Below are positions 29,611 through 37,855 of a DNA stretch of 64,000 bases, one piece after another. A program made the translations under genes and the position numbers. This stretch comes from Candidatus Thalassarchaeum sp. (lineage in GTDB: Archaea > Thermoplasmatota > Poseidoniia > Poseidoniales > Thalassarchaeaceae): NCBI GenBank assembly GCA_045559735.1, contig JBJLJN010000014.1:97577-161576 (forward strand), written 5' to 3'. The notes below the pieces were generated by a model. That model saw only the letters and a program-made list of their open reading frames with translations, made no database searches and was not told where the DNA came from. Every line of letters begins with the position of its first letter. Position 1 is the first letter of the stretch.

Positions 29611-29889
29611 TCAATCACTGGACAGCCACATCAAGTAGATGCAGGTGAGTAATAGCAAGGGAATGAAGAAGCAAAGAAGGGGGAAGGTGGTTATGGCGCC
29701 AGAGTCGTTGTCTTGGACAGAAGAAATGTAGTATATGTAGAGGGCGAAGGCTGCCCATCCGATTGCCAACAAGCCCCCTCTTCTGTCTGCCTTCCCTGAC
29801 TCTTCCCCATCCTTATGTTCAATTCTCTCTTCAATTGCATCTCTAGCGCCGGATTTTTCCATCGCCCAAAAGAAGAGTTGCCATACCAT
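29611..29889 (-). CDS. Hypothetical small membrane protein
   Basis: Size is 92 aa with two or three hydrophobic helices. I recognised no family. Confidence 0.4.
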   Translation of the reverse strand: MVWQLFFWAMEKSGARDAIEERIEHKDGEESGKADRRGGLLAIGWAAFALYIYYISSVQDNDSGAITTFPLLCFFIPLLLLTCIYLMWLSSD

Positions 29890-29948
29890 TAATACGCACT
29901 CTGCCTATTTCACAAGTAGTTATTCCCTGCACATGGGGTACTCTATGT

Positions 29949-31079
29949 TCAGGGATGGAATAGGAAGGCCGCACTGAGGACGATGTAGGTCCCGAGAAGC
30001 AAAGCACCTTCGAGCCAGTTCGACTTCCCATCAGATGCGATGATATTGACAATAAGGACTGCGAGGAAAGCTGAGACCGTCTCTAGCATCCCGAACTCGA
30101 ATGTCAGTGGCACACCAAGAATCCACGAAATTAAAATCATCAGCGGAGCTACGAAAACAGCAATCTGGGTCGAGGAGCCCATTGAGATGGCGAATGAAAG
30201 ATCCATCTTATCCTTGCCAGCAACCGTGACTGCGGTGAAGTGCTCGGCGGCATTACCGAAGAGAGGAAGCAGGATGACACCGATGAACAGGTGTGGTAGG
30301 CCAATGTCGTCTGCAGCGTACTCAACTGAGTGCACGAGGACCTCTGCCATCCACGACACAAGGATTGTTGCGACAATCAGTAGGACTGCTGCATCACGCT
30401 GGCTCATCTCGGGCTCCTCGTGATCGTGAGCCTCGGTTGCGAACAGGTCAACATGTGTCTTGAACTGGAAGTATAGGAACAACCCATAGAGGGCTAGTAG
30501 CACTATGGCAGCGATGTGGCTGAGATTTTTCACTCCCTCTTCTCCCTCGCTTCCCCCTACAGTCGAGTTGAACACGGTCGGGATAATCAGCACAATCATT
30601 GCCAGCAGCATCAGTGAGCCGTTGGAGCTCACTTGGGTCTCGGAGAACCTCTGCTCGGTGTATTTTATGCCTCCCCAGACGAAGGCGAGGCCCATGACCA
30701 ACAGCAGGTTACCCAGAATGCTGCCAATCAGGCTCGCTTGAACCAGATTCACCATGAGTTCCTCTGTCTCGCTTCCCGCCGCTGCCTTGGATGCGGCATA
30801 GATTGCGAGGAAGGCGATAATCATCTCAGCAGCATTGCCGAAAGTTGCGTTGAGCAATCCACCTACAGACTCTGATGTGCGCAGTGCAATCTCTTCTGTA
30901 GCCCTACCCATTAGGAAGGCCAAGGGCATGATAGCAACCAGTGAGGAGAAGAATGCCATCGACTCGTCATGTGCGATGTACGCGTAGTAGCAAGTCACCG
31001 GCAAGGCTAGTAGCAAAATGTTGAGTTTTGTGTCTCTTGGATCCATGGCCTTGACCCAATTAATTTGTCCGTCTGGCAT
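29949..31079 (-). CDS. Ca2+/cation antiporter (CaCA superfamily, CAX/ChaA-like)
   Basis: The two alpha-repeat signatures are GNAAEMIIA and GNAAEHFTAV. There are about 11 TM helices. Confidence 0.85.
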   Translation of the reverse strand: MPDGQINWVKAMDPRDTKLNILLLALPVTCYYAYIAHDESMAFFSSLVAIMPLAFLMGRATEEIALRTSESVGGLLNATFGNAAEMIIAFLAIYAASKAAAGSETEELMVNLVQASLIGSILGNLLLVMGLAFVWGGIKYTEQRFSETQVSSNGSLMLLAMIVLIIPTVFNSTVGGSEGEEGVKNLSHIAAIVLLALYGLFLYFQFKTHVDLFATEAHDHEEPEMSQRDAAVLLIVATILVSWMAEVLVHSVEYAADDIGLPHLFIGVILLPLFGNAAEHFTAVTVAGKDKMDLSFAISMGSSTQIAVFVAPLMILISWILGVPLTFEFGMLETVSAFLAVLIVNIIASDGKSNWLEGALLLGTYIVLSAAFLFHP

Positions 31080-31108
31080 GTGGCTCGACCCTGCCGCTGT
31101 GAGGGAGG

Positions 31109-31711
31109 ATGGTCAATATTGCGCCGTCACACGGAGTGTTCATGGCATCCGTACCGGCCGGCAGGATTGTGGAGAGAAGTATCCGATTGGCCCTCACGGG
31201 CACACCCGGGACGGGTAAGAGCACGGTGGCGGGCTTGCTCTTCGACGATGGATTCGAGGTTCTGACCGTAGAGTCATTGGCTGAGCAGAACAATGTGGAA
31301 GGTCACTTGGATCCTGATGATGGTGCTGTGGTAATCGACACCGGTGCTCTAAATCGGGCACTTTCCGAGTCATGGCAAAAACCACCCAGTGGATTAGTAG
31401 TAGTCGACGGTCACCTCTCCCACCACCTACCCTGTGACGCAGTGGCAGTGCTGAGATGTTCTCCAGACATTCTACGCAATCGTCTCAGCGAACGCGGTTA
31501 TCATATCCTCAAAGCCGAGGCTAATGCCGAGTGGGAGCTAATTGGAGGATCATGGAACGAGTATAAATCAGGAGTACCTTGGATTGAGTTCGATACTTCG
31601 GTGGAAGGCGCGGAGTCCGTAGCCGCTTCAATCAGTGGCTGGATAGCAGATGGCTTCAAGCCAAACAGCCAGAGCCCGGAGATTGACTGGATAGAGAGGA
31701 TGAGTGACTGA
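31109..31711 (+). CDS. Fap7/AK6-type adenylate kinase (ribosome-maturation NTPase)
   Basis: The Walker A motif is LTGTPGTGKSTVAG. The size and ...LRNRLSERGY... fit the archaeal AK6 family. GAGGGAGG lies directly upstream of the ATG. Confidence 0.75.
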   Translation: MVNIAPSHGVFMASVPAGRIVERSIRLALTGTPGTGKSTVAGLLFDDGFEVLTVESLAEQNNVEGHLDPDDGAVVIDTGALNRALSESWQKPPSGLVVVDGHLSHHLPCDAVAVLRCSPDILRNRLSERGYHILKAEANAEWELIGGSWNEYKSGVPWIEFDTSVEGAESVAASISGWIADGFKPNSQSPEIDWIERMSD

Positions 31712-31712
31712 A

Positions 31713-32387
31713 ATGTTCGAGAAGATGAGAGGAGTCTGGACGAAAGCCATCCAGCCGATGGTGCTGAAAATGGGTGACCTGGACCCGAGCGTGCTGACAT
31801 GGACTAGCCTGATTCTAGCTTTGGTCTCTTTTTGGCTAATCGCCGAGGCGGGACTCGACGAGGATGGAGCCATGATGGTCGGAGCAGCCGTGGTACTGAT
31901 TCTAATCGCAGGAGTTCTCGATGCACTTGATGGTGCCTTAGCTCGCCACCAAGGAGTGGCTGGACCATACGGTGACTTCCTCGACCACACGATTGACCGG
32001 GTGGTCGATGTGGGTCTCCTAATTGCCATCGGGATGAATGCAGCCTTTGTCAGCGACCCAAGGGCGGGTGCGGTGGCCGCAGTCCTGACTCTGATAGGAT
32101 CCTACATGGGCACCCAAGCCCAATCGGTTGGTTTGGATCGAATCTACGGAGGCTTCTCTCGTGCAGACCGTCTGGTGCTCACCATTGCATGTCTTATCGC
32201 AGCAGCATGGCAGGCGTACTCGGGCGGCATAGGGTATGATGTCTCTGATATCGCGTACACCGGTTGGATTATGCTGGGCAATACCGAACTCAACGGGATG
32301 ACTGCCGCACTCTCAATCTCAGCATGGGGGGGAGTCTACACATTCCTTTCTCGATTCATGAATACTCGCAGCCAACTGTTGGAATAG
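31713..32387 (+). CDS. CDP-alcohol phosphatidyltransferase
   Basis: The signature is exact: DALDGALARHQGVAGPYGDFLDHTIDR (D-x2-DG-x2-AR-x8-G-x3-D-x3-D). The ATG lies 2 nt after the Fap7 stop. Confidence 0.85.
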   Translation: MFEKMRGVWTKAIQPMVLKMGDLDPSVLTWTSLILALVSFWLIAEAGLDEDGAMMVGAAVVLILIAGVLDALDGALARHQGVAGPYGDFLDHTIDRVVDVGLLIAIGMNAAFVSDPRAGAVAAVLTLIGSYMGTQAQSVGLDRIYGGFSRADRLVLTIACLIAAAWQAYSGGIGYDVSDIAYTGWIMLGNTELNGMTAALSISAWGGVYTFLSRFMNTRSQLLE

Positions 32388-32475
32388 CGGCCTTGACTGG
32401 CACCCGTTCAAACGCCCTTCACCCGCCGTAGGCGGGGGGTAACGGTTATCCTCTCTACGACGCGCCTATGCTTCC

Positions 32476-33594
32476 GTGAAGCACATCATCGAGAGGGTTC
32501 TCGAACTTCAGGAGACCGATGGTACACCAGCAGGAGGTGTCGACAAGGAGAGTGATCCTGAGTTGAAGACACTCCTCAAGTCGTTGCAGCCGAAGATCAG
32601 AGTATACGGTTGTGGAGGCTGTGGATCTAACACTGTAGCGAGGCTTGAGCTTGAGGGATTATTTGATGGAACTTACGTTAATGGCATCGCTGTCAACACC
32701 GACGCGCAGCATCTCCTCAGGGTCAATGTGGAGAACAAGGTGCTCATCGGTCGCTCTGCCAGAGGCAGGGGGGCTGGAGGCGACCCAGAGAAGGGGGAGC
32801 AGGCAGCATACGAGTCCGAGAAGTCTCTCAAGGGAGAGATTGAGGACTGCGATCTAGCATTCATCACAGCGGGATTGGGAGGTGGCACTGGGACAGGGAG
32901 TGCGCACGTAGTCGCTCGTCTGGCCAAATCGGCCGGGGCTCTGACCATCGCTGTGGTGAGCTATCCCTTCCTATCAGAGGGAGCGTTGCGGAAGCAGAAT
33001 GCAGAATGGGGCTTGGAGAGACTGAGAGAGGTATGCGACACAGTTGTGGTCCTGCCTAACGAGAGGCTTCTCGAGGTCGAGGGGGTACGAGATCTCCCCC
33101 TCGACGCTGCCTTCCGCGTCGCTGACGAATTACTGATGAGGAGCATATCTGGCGTCTCCGAGATGATTGCTAAGGAAGGCGTGGTCAATCTCGACTTCCA
33201 AGACCTGAGGTCCGTGATGGAGAACGGTGGCGGAGTAGCGATGATTGGTCTTGGTGAAGCCAGAGGTCCGGGCAGCGCTGAGAAGGCCACCGAGGAGGCT
33301 CTGCAATCACCGCTTCTGGATATAGACATCTCCGATGCTCGCGGTGCTTTGGTCAACGTGGTCGGTGGGCCTACTCTTTCACTTGGAGATGCCGAGCAGT
33401 GTGCCAAGCTGATTAGAGACCGGATTAATCCGTATGCCAGAATAATCTGGGGTGCGACCACTGATGATTCGATGGGCGATGAGATTCGGGTCCTACTGGT
33501 ACTGACTGGAGTGAAGAGTGAGCAGATTCACGGTGCTGCACTACATTCACAGATGCGTAATCTACGAGACCGAACTGTCGAATTCGTGAACTGA
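32476..33594 (+). CDS. ftsZ: Cell division GTPase FtsZ
   Basis: GCGGCGSNTV, the tubulin signature GLGGGTGTGSAHVVARLAK, and the T7 region are present. The start is GTG. Confidence 0.95.
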   Translation: MKHIIERVLELQETDGTPAGGVDKESDPELKTLLKSLQPKIRVYGCGGCGSNTVARLELEGLFDGTYVNGIAVNTDAQHLLRVNVENKVLIGRSARGRGAGGDPEKGEQAAYESEKSLKGEIEDCDLAFITAGLGGGTGTGSAHVVARLAKSAGALTIAVVSYPFLSEGALRKQNAEWGLERLREVCDTVVVLPNERLLEVEGVRDLPLDAAFRVADELLMRSISGVSEMIAKEGVVNLDFQDLRSVMENGGGVAMIGLGEARGPGSAEKATEEALQSPLLDIDISDARGALVNVVGGPTLSLGDAEQCAKLIRDRINPYARIIWGATTDDSMGDEIRVLLVLTGVKSEQIHGAALHSQMRNLRDRTVEFVN

Positions 33595-33631
33595 TTTTTG
33601 AGTCTCCCTGTTTCGAGCCCCTTAGGGCTCG
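33595..33631 (+). terminator. Candidate ftsZ terminator: T5 tract plus 7-bp hairpin
   Basis: TTTTT lies at 33595-33599, immediately after the TGA stop. The hairpin CGAGCCC-CTTA-GGGCTCG lies at 33614-33631. Oligo-T is the accepted archaeal termination signal. Confidence 0.35.
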
Positions 33632-33685
33632 CCCGGCGTGCTTAAATGGAGTCTGTCGGTCGCCGGGTCGCTTCGAGGGAGAGTC

Positions 33686-33949
33686 ATGGCTATCGAGAGT
33701 TCCAATGTAGGGCCTATCGAGGATACTGTCCAAGGCTGGCAAGATGAGATTGAGGGTCGAGTACGAGGACTACAAACCGGACCCTATGCTCGTATCCTGA
33801 AGATGGCTCGAAAGCCATCCAAGCAGGAGTTCCGCCAGACCGTTATCGTCTGCGGAATTGGTATGTTTGTGCTTGGCGCCATCGGCTTCGCAATGCTTTG
33901 GCTGATGGATAGTGCGTTCCCGTCCTTCTTCGACTGGCTGACCAACTGA
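33686..33949 (+). CDS. secE: Preprotein translocase subunit SecE (Sec61-gamma)
   Basis: ...KMARKPSKQEFRQTVIVCGIGMFVLGAIGFAMLWLMD has a single C-terminal TM. It sits in the conserved position before spt5. A TATA-like CTTAAAT lies at 33641-33647. Confidence 0.75.
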   Translation: MAIESSNVGPIEDTVQGWQDEIEGRVRGLQTGPYARILKMARKPSKQEFRQTVIVCGIGMFVLGAIGFAMLWLMDSAFPSFFDWLTN

Positions 33950-33961
33950 TGGGGTGATTCA

Positions 33962-34828
33962 ATGTCCGATGCGTTCACAGTCTACGTCAGAAACGAAGAG
34001 GGTGCCCTGTTGATGCAGCGCGCTGATGGGGTGGCTGATTTCCCCGGAGCCTGGGACGGTATCTACGGAATCGGAGACCCAGAGGATCTCGATGCAGTAG
34101 TAGCGAGGATTACCGAGGTCACAGGAATAACGGCTGAGAACCTACAGTTTGTCCGATCTGGCAATGCGAGAGGACTGGCCTACGGGAACCGCCTCAACGA
34201 TGTCACTCCAATGCTCTTCGTGAGCTCAGTCAAAGAGGTCGATGCTCGCGGTCTGTACAAGTCATTTGAGTGGATAGACCCAGGCAACATCGGAACCAAG
34301 GAGTACTCGACTCCTCAACTTAGTGACATGTATGGTGACGTGGCCTCGTATCTGTATATCCTCAAGACCTCAATCGGCCAAGAGCAGAACGTTGCCAAGG
34401 AGATTCAAGCCAGACTCTCTGGAACAGGTTCTCTGAGGGACATCCAGGATGAGATATTCGGAGTTCTGAGTCCGCACTTCATGCGTGGGTACATCTTCGT
34501 AGAAGCATCAGCCCTGCATCATGTCGAGAAGCTGATTGGCAGGGTCGGTGTATCGACCACACCGATGAAAAACTGCAGGAAGGTTCTGGATGGCGAGTCG
34601 CCGCTTGGTGATGTCCTTCCATATCTCGAGCCCAAGGCCGCCACCACTGGTATCGAAGAGGGTAGCATCGTGGAGATTCACGGCGGTGCCTTCCGAGGAC
34701 AGGCTGCCCGTGTGACGAGGGTGACAGAATCCAAGGAAGAGGTCACTGTCGAGTTGTTCGAGGCTGCTGTCCCAGTCGCATTGACTGTACGCGCCGATCA
34801 AGTCAGAGTCACCCAGCGAGTTGAGTAG
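33962..34828 (+). CDS. spt5: Transcription elongation factor Spt5 (NusG) with an extra N-terminal domain of about 122 aa
   Basis: Residues ~130-288 align by eye to archaeal Spt5. The NGN domain is YLYILKTSIGQEQNVAKEI...RGYIFVEA and the KOW domain is GSIVEIHGGAFRGQAARVTRV...EVTVEL. The preceding 122 residues are additional. Confidence 0.85.
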   Translation: MSDAFTVYVRNEEGALLMQRADGVADFPGAWDGIYGIGDPEDLDAVVARITEVTGITAENLQFVRSGNARGLAYGNRLNDVTPMLFVSSVKEVDARGLYKSFEWIDPGNIGTKEYSTPQLSDMYGDVASYLYILKTSIGQEQNVAKEIQARLSGTGSLRDIQDEIFGVLSPHFMRGYIFVEASALHHVEKLIGRVGVSTTPMKNCRKVLDGESPLGDVLPYLEPKAATTGIEEGSIVEIHGGAFRGQAARVTRVTESKEEVTVELFEAAVPVALTVRADQVRVTQRVE

Positions 34829-34914
34829 TGCTTCTGGTACGCCCTTCGGGCGTTACATCACTCTCAAATAGGGAAAGCAGGTCGGCGGGGCGCACCCAAA
34901 GGAGCTAACTACGT

Positions 34915-35193
34915 ATGTCTGCACGCAACGAGACACCGCACAAGGTGATTCAGATGTTAGGGCAGAAGACATGCAATGGATCGTGGGAAGAGGCTACGGA
35001 GAACCTCACCATGGATCAGGTGAAGCAGATTGCCCAAGATCAGTCGGACCGACTGACCGGCGCGAATCTGTACGCCCAATGCCGCGAGGTAATGGGCACT
35101 TGTGTCTCAATGAGGGTAAATGTGGAGGGCATGGCTCCGAAGGATGCTCTCCAAGTCATGAGTGAGGGAAGATTTAGCGAACATTTCAGTTGA
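34915..35193 (+). CDS. rpl11: Ribosomal protein L11, linker plus C-terminal (rRNA-binding) domain only
   Basis: ...ENLTMDQVKQIAQDQSDRLTGANLYAQCREVMGTCVSMRVNVEGMAPKDALQVMSEGRF matches the archaeal uL11 C-terminal domain (GNLTxEQV...KEVxGTCxSMGVTVEG). An in-frame TAA at 34906-34908 prevents any upstream extension. Confidence 0.75.
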   Translation: MSARNETPHKVIQMLGQKTCNGSWEEATENLTMDQVKQIAQDQSDRLTGANLYAQCREVMGTCVSMRVNVEGMAPKDALQVMSEGRFSEHFS

Positions 35194-35204
35194 TATCACG
35201 AGTT

Positions 35205-35239
35205 GCGGGAGAGGTTTTCCTCGTTGACCGCGGAGGTGA
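35205..35239 (+). promoter_or_regulatory. Structured L1 leader (helix / asymmetric loop / helix) ending in a strong Shine-Dalgarno GGAGGTGA
   Basis: Positions 35205-35208 pair with 35228-35231, and the inner stem GAGG/CCTC has a TTTT loop. GGGAG lies on the 5-prime strand and GACC on the 3-prime strand. The SD at 35232-35239 lies 6 nt before the ATG. Confidence 0.3.
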
Positions 35240-35245
35240 GTAATA

Positions 35246-35890
35246 ATGCAAGAAAATATCCAGACTGCGATTCAACGCGCACTTGATGAATCTCCGGAGA
35301 GGAAATTCGTAGAATCAGTAGAGATTTCCTTCACGCTGAGAGACGTCGACCTCAAGGAACCTGCAAACAGGATTCAGGAAGAGGTTAGACTTCCTTCAGG
35401 ACGAGGCAAGCCTGTGAAAATCTCCATGTTCGCTGGCGGAGAGATGGCTACTAAGGCTAAGGCGGCCGGAATCGATGTAATCGACCCGTCCACTATCGAG
35501 GACCTCGGAGGCAACAAGCAACTCGCCCGCAAAGTCGCCAACAAGAGTGACTTCTTCCTCGCTGAGATTCCACATATGGGGACTGTAGGGCGATTCCTCG
35601 GTGTTGTTCTAGGTCCTCGCGGCAAGATGCCTCGGCCCGTCCCTCCGAACGTAGATCCCGGAATGATTGCAACCGGACTGAAGGACACATCTATTGTCCG
35701 CTCCAGAGACAGAATTACTTTCCATACAGCATTCGGCTCACGCGAGCAGGGTATCGATGACCTGACAGTAAACGCAGTTGCGATTTGGGACAGGGTGATG
35801 TCAAAGCTCGAAAGAGGGGCTGGGAACATCCGCACGTGCTACATCAAGACCTCAATGGGTCCGGCAATCAAGGTGGAAGTGGTAGAATGA
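35246..35890 (+). CDS. rpl1: Ribosomal protein L1
   Basis: Size is 214 aa. ...FVESVEISFTLRDVDLKEP...VRLPSGRGK... shows the typical uL1 N-terminus. It sits in the conserved L11-L1-P0-P1 order. Confidence 0.9.
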   Translation: MQENIQTAIQRALDESPERKFVESVEISFTLRDVDLKEPANRIQEEVRLPSGRGKPVKISMFAGGEMATKAKAAGIDVIDPSTIEDLGGNKQLARKVANKSDFFLAEIPHMGTVGRFLGVVLGPRGKMPRPVPPNVDPGMIATGLKDTSIVRSRDRITFHTAFGSREQGIDDLTVNAVAIWDRVMSKLERGAGNIRTCYIKTSMGPAIKVEVVE

Positions 35891-36912
35891 TGTCTTCTAA
35901 GGCCGCGCTCTGGAAGAAGGACCGTGTCTCGGAACTCGCAGAGATTCTCTCCGGTGAGGGAGTCGTCGGTATCGTCGACATAGGTGGAGTTCCTGCTAGC
36001 AATATGCTAGACATGAGAAACAGCCTGAGAGGACGGTTGACTCTGACAATGTCCAAGAAGACTCTAATGAGGCTGGCTTGGAAGCAGGCTGGTCTCGAAG
36101 AGCAAGACCTAGAGATGTTGTTCAAAGGGGCCGTCCAGCCTTGCATCGCGCACTCTAACAACCTGAGTTCGTTCGAGTTATTCGCTGAGTTGGAGAAGAC
36201 TCGTCAGGGTCGAGCTGCTAAGGAAGGAGAAACCGCACCTTCCGACATTGTCATCGAGAAGGGGCCAACCGAGTTCGGGCCCGGACCGATTGTTGGAGAG
36301 TTCAACGCCGTTGGTATCCCAGCCAAGATAGACAAGGGCAAGGTTGCCATCCAGAAGACCGTCACCGTGGTGAACCAGGGCGAGGAGATTTCCGGCGACT
36401 TGGGTATCATGCTGGCCAAATTGGGCGTCAACCCAATTGAGATTGGTCTGATTCTGATTGGGACCATAGAGGATGGTAGCTTCTTCCCTGCTGCCTCTCT
36501 CAATCTTGACCTAGATGGATTCAGGAGCGACATTATCACTGCCACATCGGGTGCATTCAACCTCGCATGCAACACCAGATGGTTCTCTACTGTCACTATG
36601 CCAACACTGCTGTCCAAGGCCAGCAGCGAGGCGATGGCGGTTGCTGTCGAAGCCGGCGTCGTTAATGACGAGACTGCTTCACTGTTCATCTCGCGCGCGA
36701 GCGCGCACGCTATGGCCATAGCAGGCCAATTAGATTCCTCGGCTCTCGATGAGTCGCTCGTAGAGGCACTGGGTGCCGCATCGAGTGCGAGTGCCGTCGC
36801 CGCAACCTCCGATGCGGCATCTGAAGACGAGGGTAGTGATGCTCCTGTCGAAGAGGAAGAGGAGGAAGAGGAGGATGCTGGGTTCGACGGACTCGGTGAC
36901 CTCTTCGGTTGA
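35887..36912 (+). CDS. rplP0: Ribosomal stalk protein P0 (L10)
   Basis: MMSSKAALWKKDRVSELAEIL... is followed by the acidic stalk tail EEEEEEEEDAGFDGLGDLFG. The ATG overlaps the L1 stop (ATGA). The 35785 ORF start is an upstream artefact. Confidence 0.9.
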   Translation: MMSSKAALWKKDRVSELAEILSGEGVVGIVDIGGVPASNMLDMRNSLRGRLTLTMSKKTLMRLAWKQAGLEEQDLEMLFKGAVQPCIAHSNNLSSFELFAELEKTRQGRAAKEGETAPSDIVIEKGPTEFGPGPIVGEFNAVGIPAKIDKGKVAIQKTVTVVNQGEEISGDLGIMLAKLGVNPIEIGLILIGTIEDGSFFPAASLNLDLDGFRSDIITATSGAFNLACNTRWFSTVTMPTLLSKASSEAMAVAVEAGVVNDETASLFISRASAHAMAIAGQLDSSALDESLVEALGAASSASAVAATSDAASEDEGSDAPVEEEEEEEEDAGFDGLGDLFG

Positions 36913-36920
36913 AAAAAAAA

Positions 36921-36926
36921 GGTGAG
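36921..36926 (+). promoter_or_regulatory. Shine-Dalgarno for P1, preceded by an A9 run
   Basis: The P0 stop is followed by TGAAAAAAAAA-GGTGAG-AAAAA-ATG. GGTGA is complementary to the conserved 16S 3-prime end ..UCACC... Confidence 0.4.
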
Positions 36927-36931
36927 AAAAA

Positions 36932-37249
36932 ATGGAATACGTATATGCTGCAATGCTACTGCACTCTGCTGAAAAAGAAATTGATGAGGATGGCGTCAAC
37001 GCGGTCTTGACCGCTGCTGGCGTGGATGTTGATGGTGCCCGTGTGAAGGCTCTGGTCGCATCGCTTGGATCGGTCGATATCGGCGAGGCCATGGCTACCG
37101 CCGTGGCTGCTCCTGTGGCTGCCTCAGCTGCACCTGCTGCTTCAGGCGGCGGTGGCGGAGAGGCTGCTGCGGCCGAAGAGGCAGAGGCAGAGGAAGAGGC
37201 TGAGGACGATGCCGCTGGCTTCGAAGGTCTCGGCTCGCTCTTTGGCTGA
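36932..37249 (+). CDS. rpl12: Ribosomal stalk protein P1 (archaeal L12)
   Basis: [31 protein letters not shown]... is followed by an Ala-rich hinge and the tail [14 protein letters not shown]. Confidence 0.9.
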   Translation: MEYVYAAMLLHSAEKEIDEDGVNAVLTAAGVDVDGARVKALVASLGSVDIGEAMATAVAAPVAASAAPAASGGGGGEAAAAEEAEAEEEAEDDAAGFEGLGSLFG

Positions 37250-37307
37250 TTGCAATACCCAAGATTTGACGCGAAGGCGCTATGGGCGGTAGCCTTCAGG
37301 CTCGACT

Positions 37308-37790
37308 ATGGCGGTAAGTCGTCTGATTGAGATTCCAGTCAGCATCACGCCTACTGATGGTATTCGTGCTCTTCGCCAAATCGGCGATTCGCGCGGTTGG
37401 ACAATGAGGCGGGTCCAAGAGACTCGCATGGTGCACCGCTGGGCGATAATCGTGCCAATCTCACGTCAAGCCAGAGTACTGGGGCTGGTAGTAGAAGACG
37501 GAATGGCAGTTGGTCTTTCGATTCGTTCTTGGTCATTCGTACCAGGGTCGGCTGGAAGACTATCTATGGTTGCTTTCGAAGTCCCGAGTACCCTCGAAGG
37601 TGAGCAGTGGAGAGATTTGCTTTGTGAGTGGTCCGAGTCCCTTCCGCGCTGTCCTTGGAAGTGGAGTTTCGGAGAAAGATCGATGATCGGTTACTTTCTG
37701 CCTGAATTCCGTCGCTCTAGGGTTCTATTCAGTAGTGAAGGTGTTGATATCAAAGATTGGAAAAGTCTACTAGACGAAAAAATTGAATGA
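37308..37790 (+). CDS. Hypothetical cytoplasmic protein
   Basis: This 160-aa ORF has no recognisable motifs. It overlaps the next ORF by 4 nt. Confidence 0.45.
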   Translation: MAVSRLIEIPVSITPTDGIRALRQIGDSRGWTMRRVQETRMVHRWAIIVPISRQARVLGLVVEDGMAVGLSIRSWSFVPGSAGRLSMVAFEVPSTLEGEQWRDLLCEWSESLPRCPWKWSFGERSMIGYFLPEFRRSRVLFSSEGVDIKDWKSLLDEKIE

Positions 37791-37855
37791 TTTCAATCTT
37801 GGTAAACTCCATGGTTCACGCGTCTTCTTATACTGCCCTTGGCTACCACACAGGC

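Noticed and set aside
35785-35886. Upstream extensions of several ORF-track entries: P0 from 35785, the LOG-like gene from 11128, AIM24 from 26594, and SecE from 33638.
   Set aside because: Each extension overlaps the preceding gene's coding region or lacks family-like sequence. Internal ATGs (35887, 11203, 26651, 33686) give canonical N-termini and tight, non-overlapping packing.
36204-36953. A 249-aa minus-strand ORF.
   Set aside because: It lies antisense to the unmistakable P0 (L10) gene. It is Ser/Ala/Pro-rich and mirrors the acidic/Ala-rich stalk tail. It is a shadow ORF.
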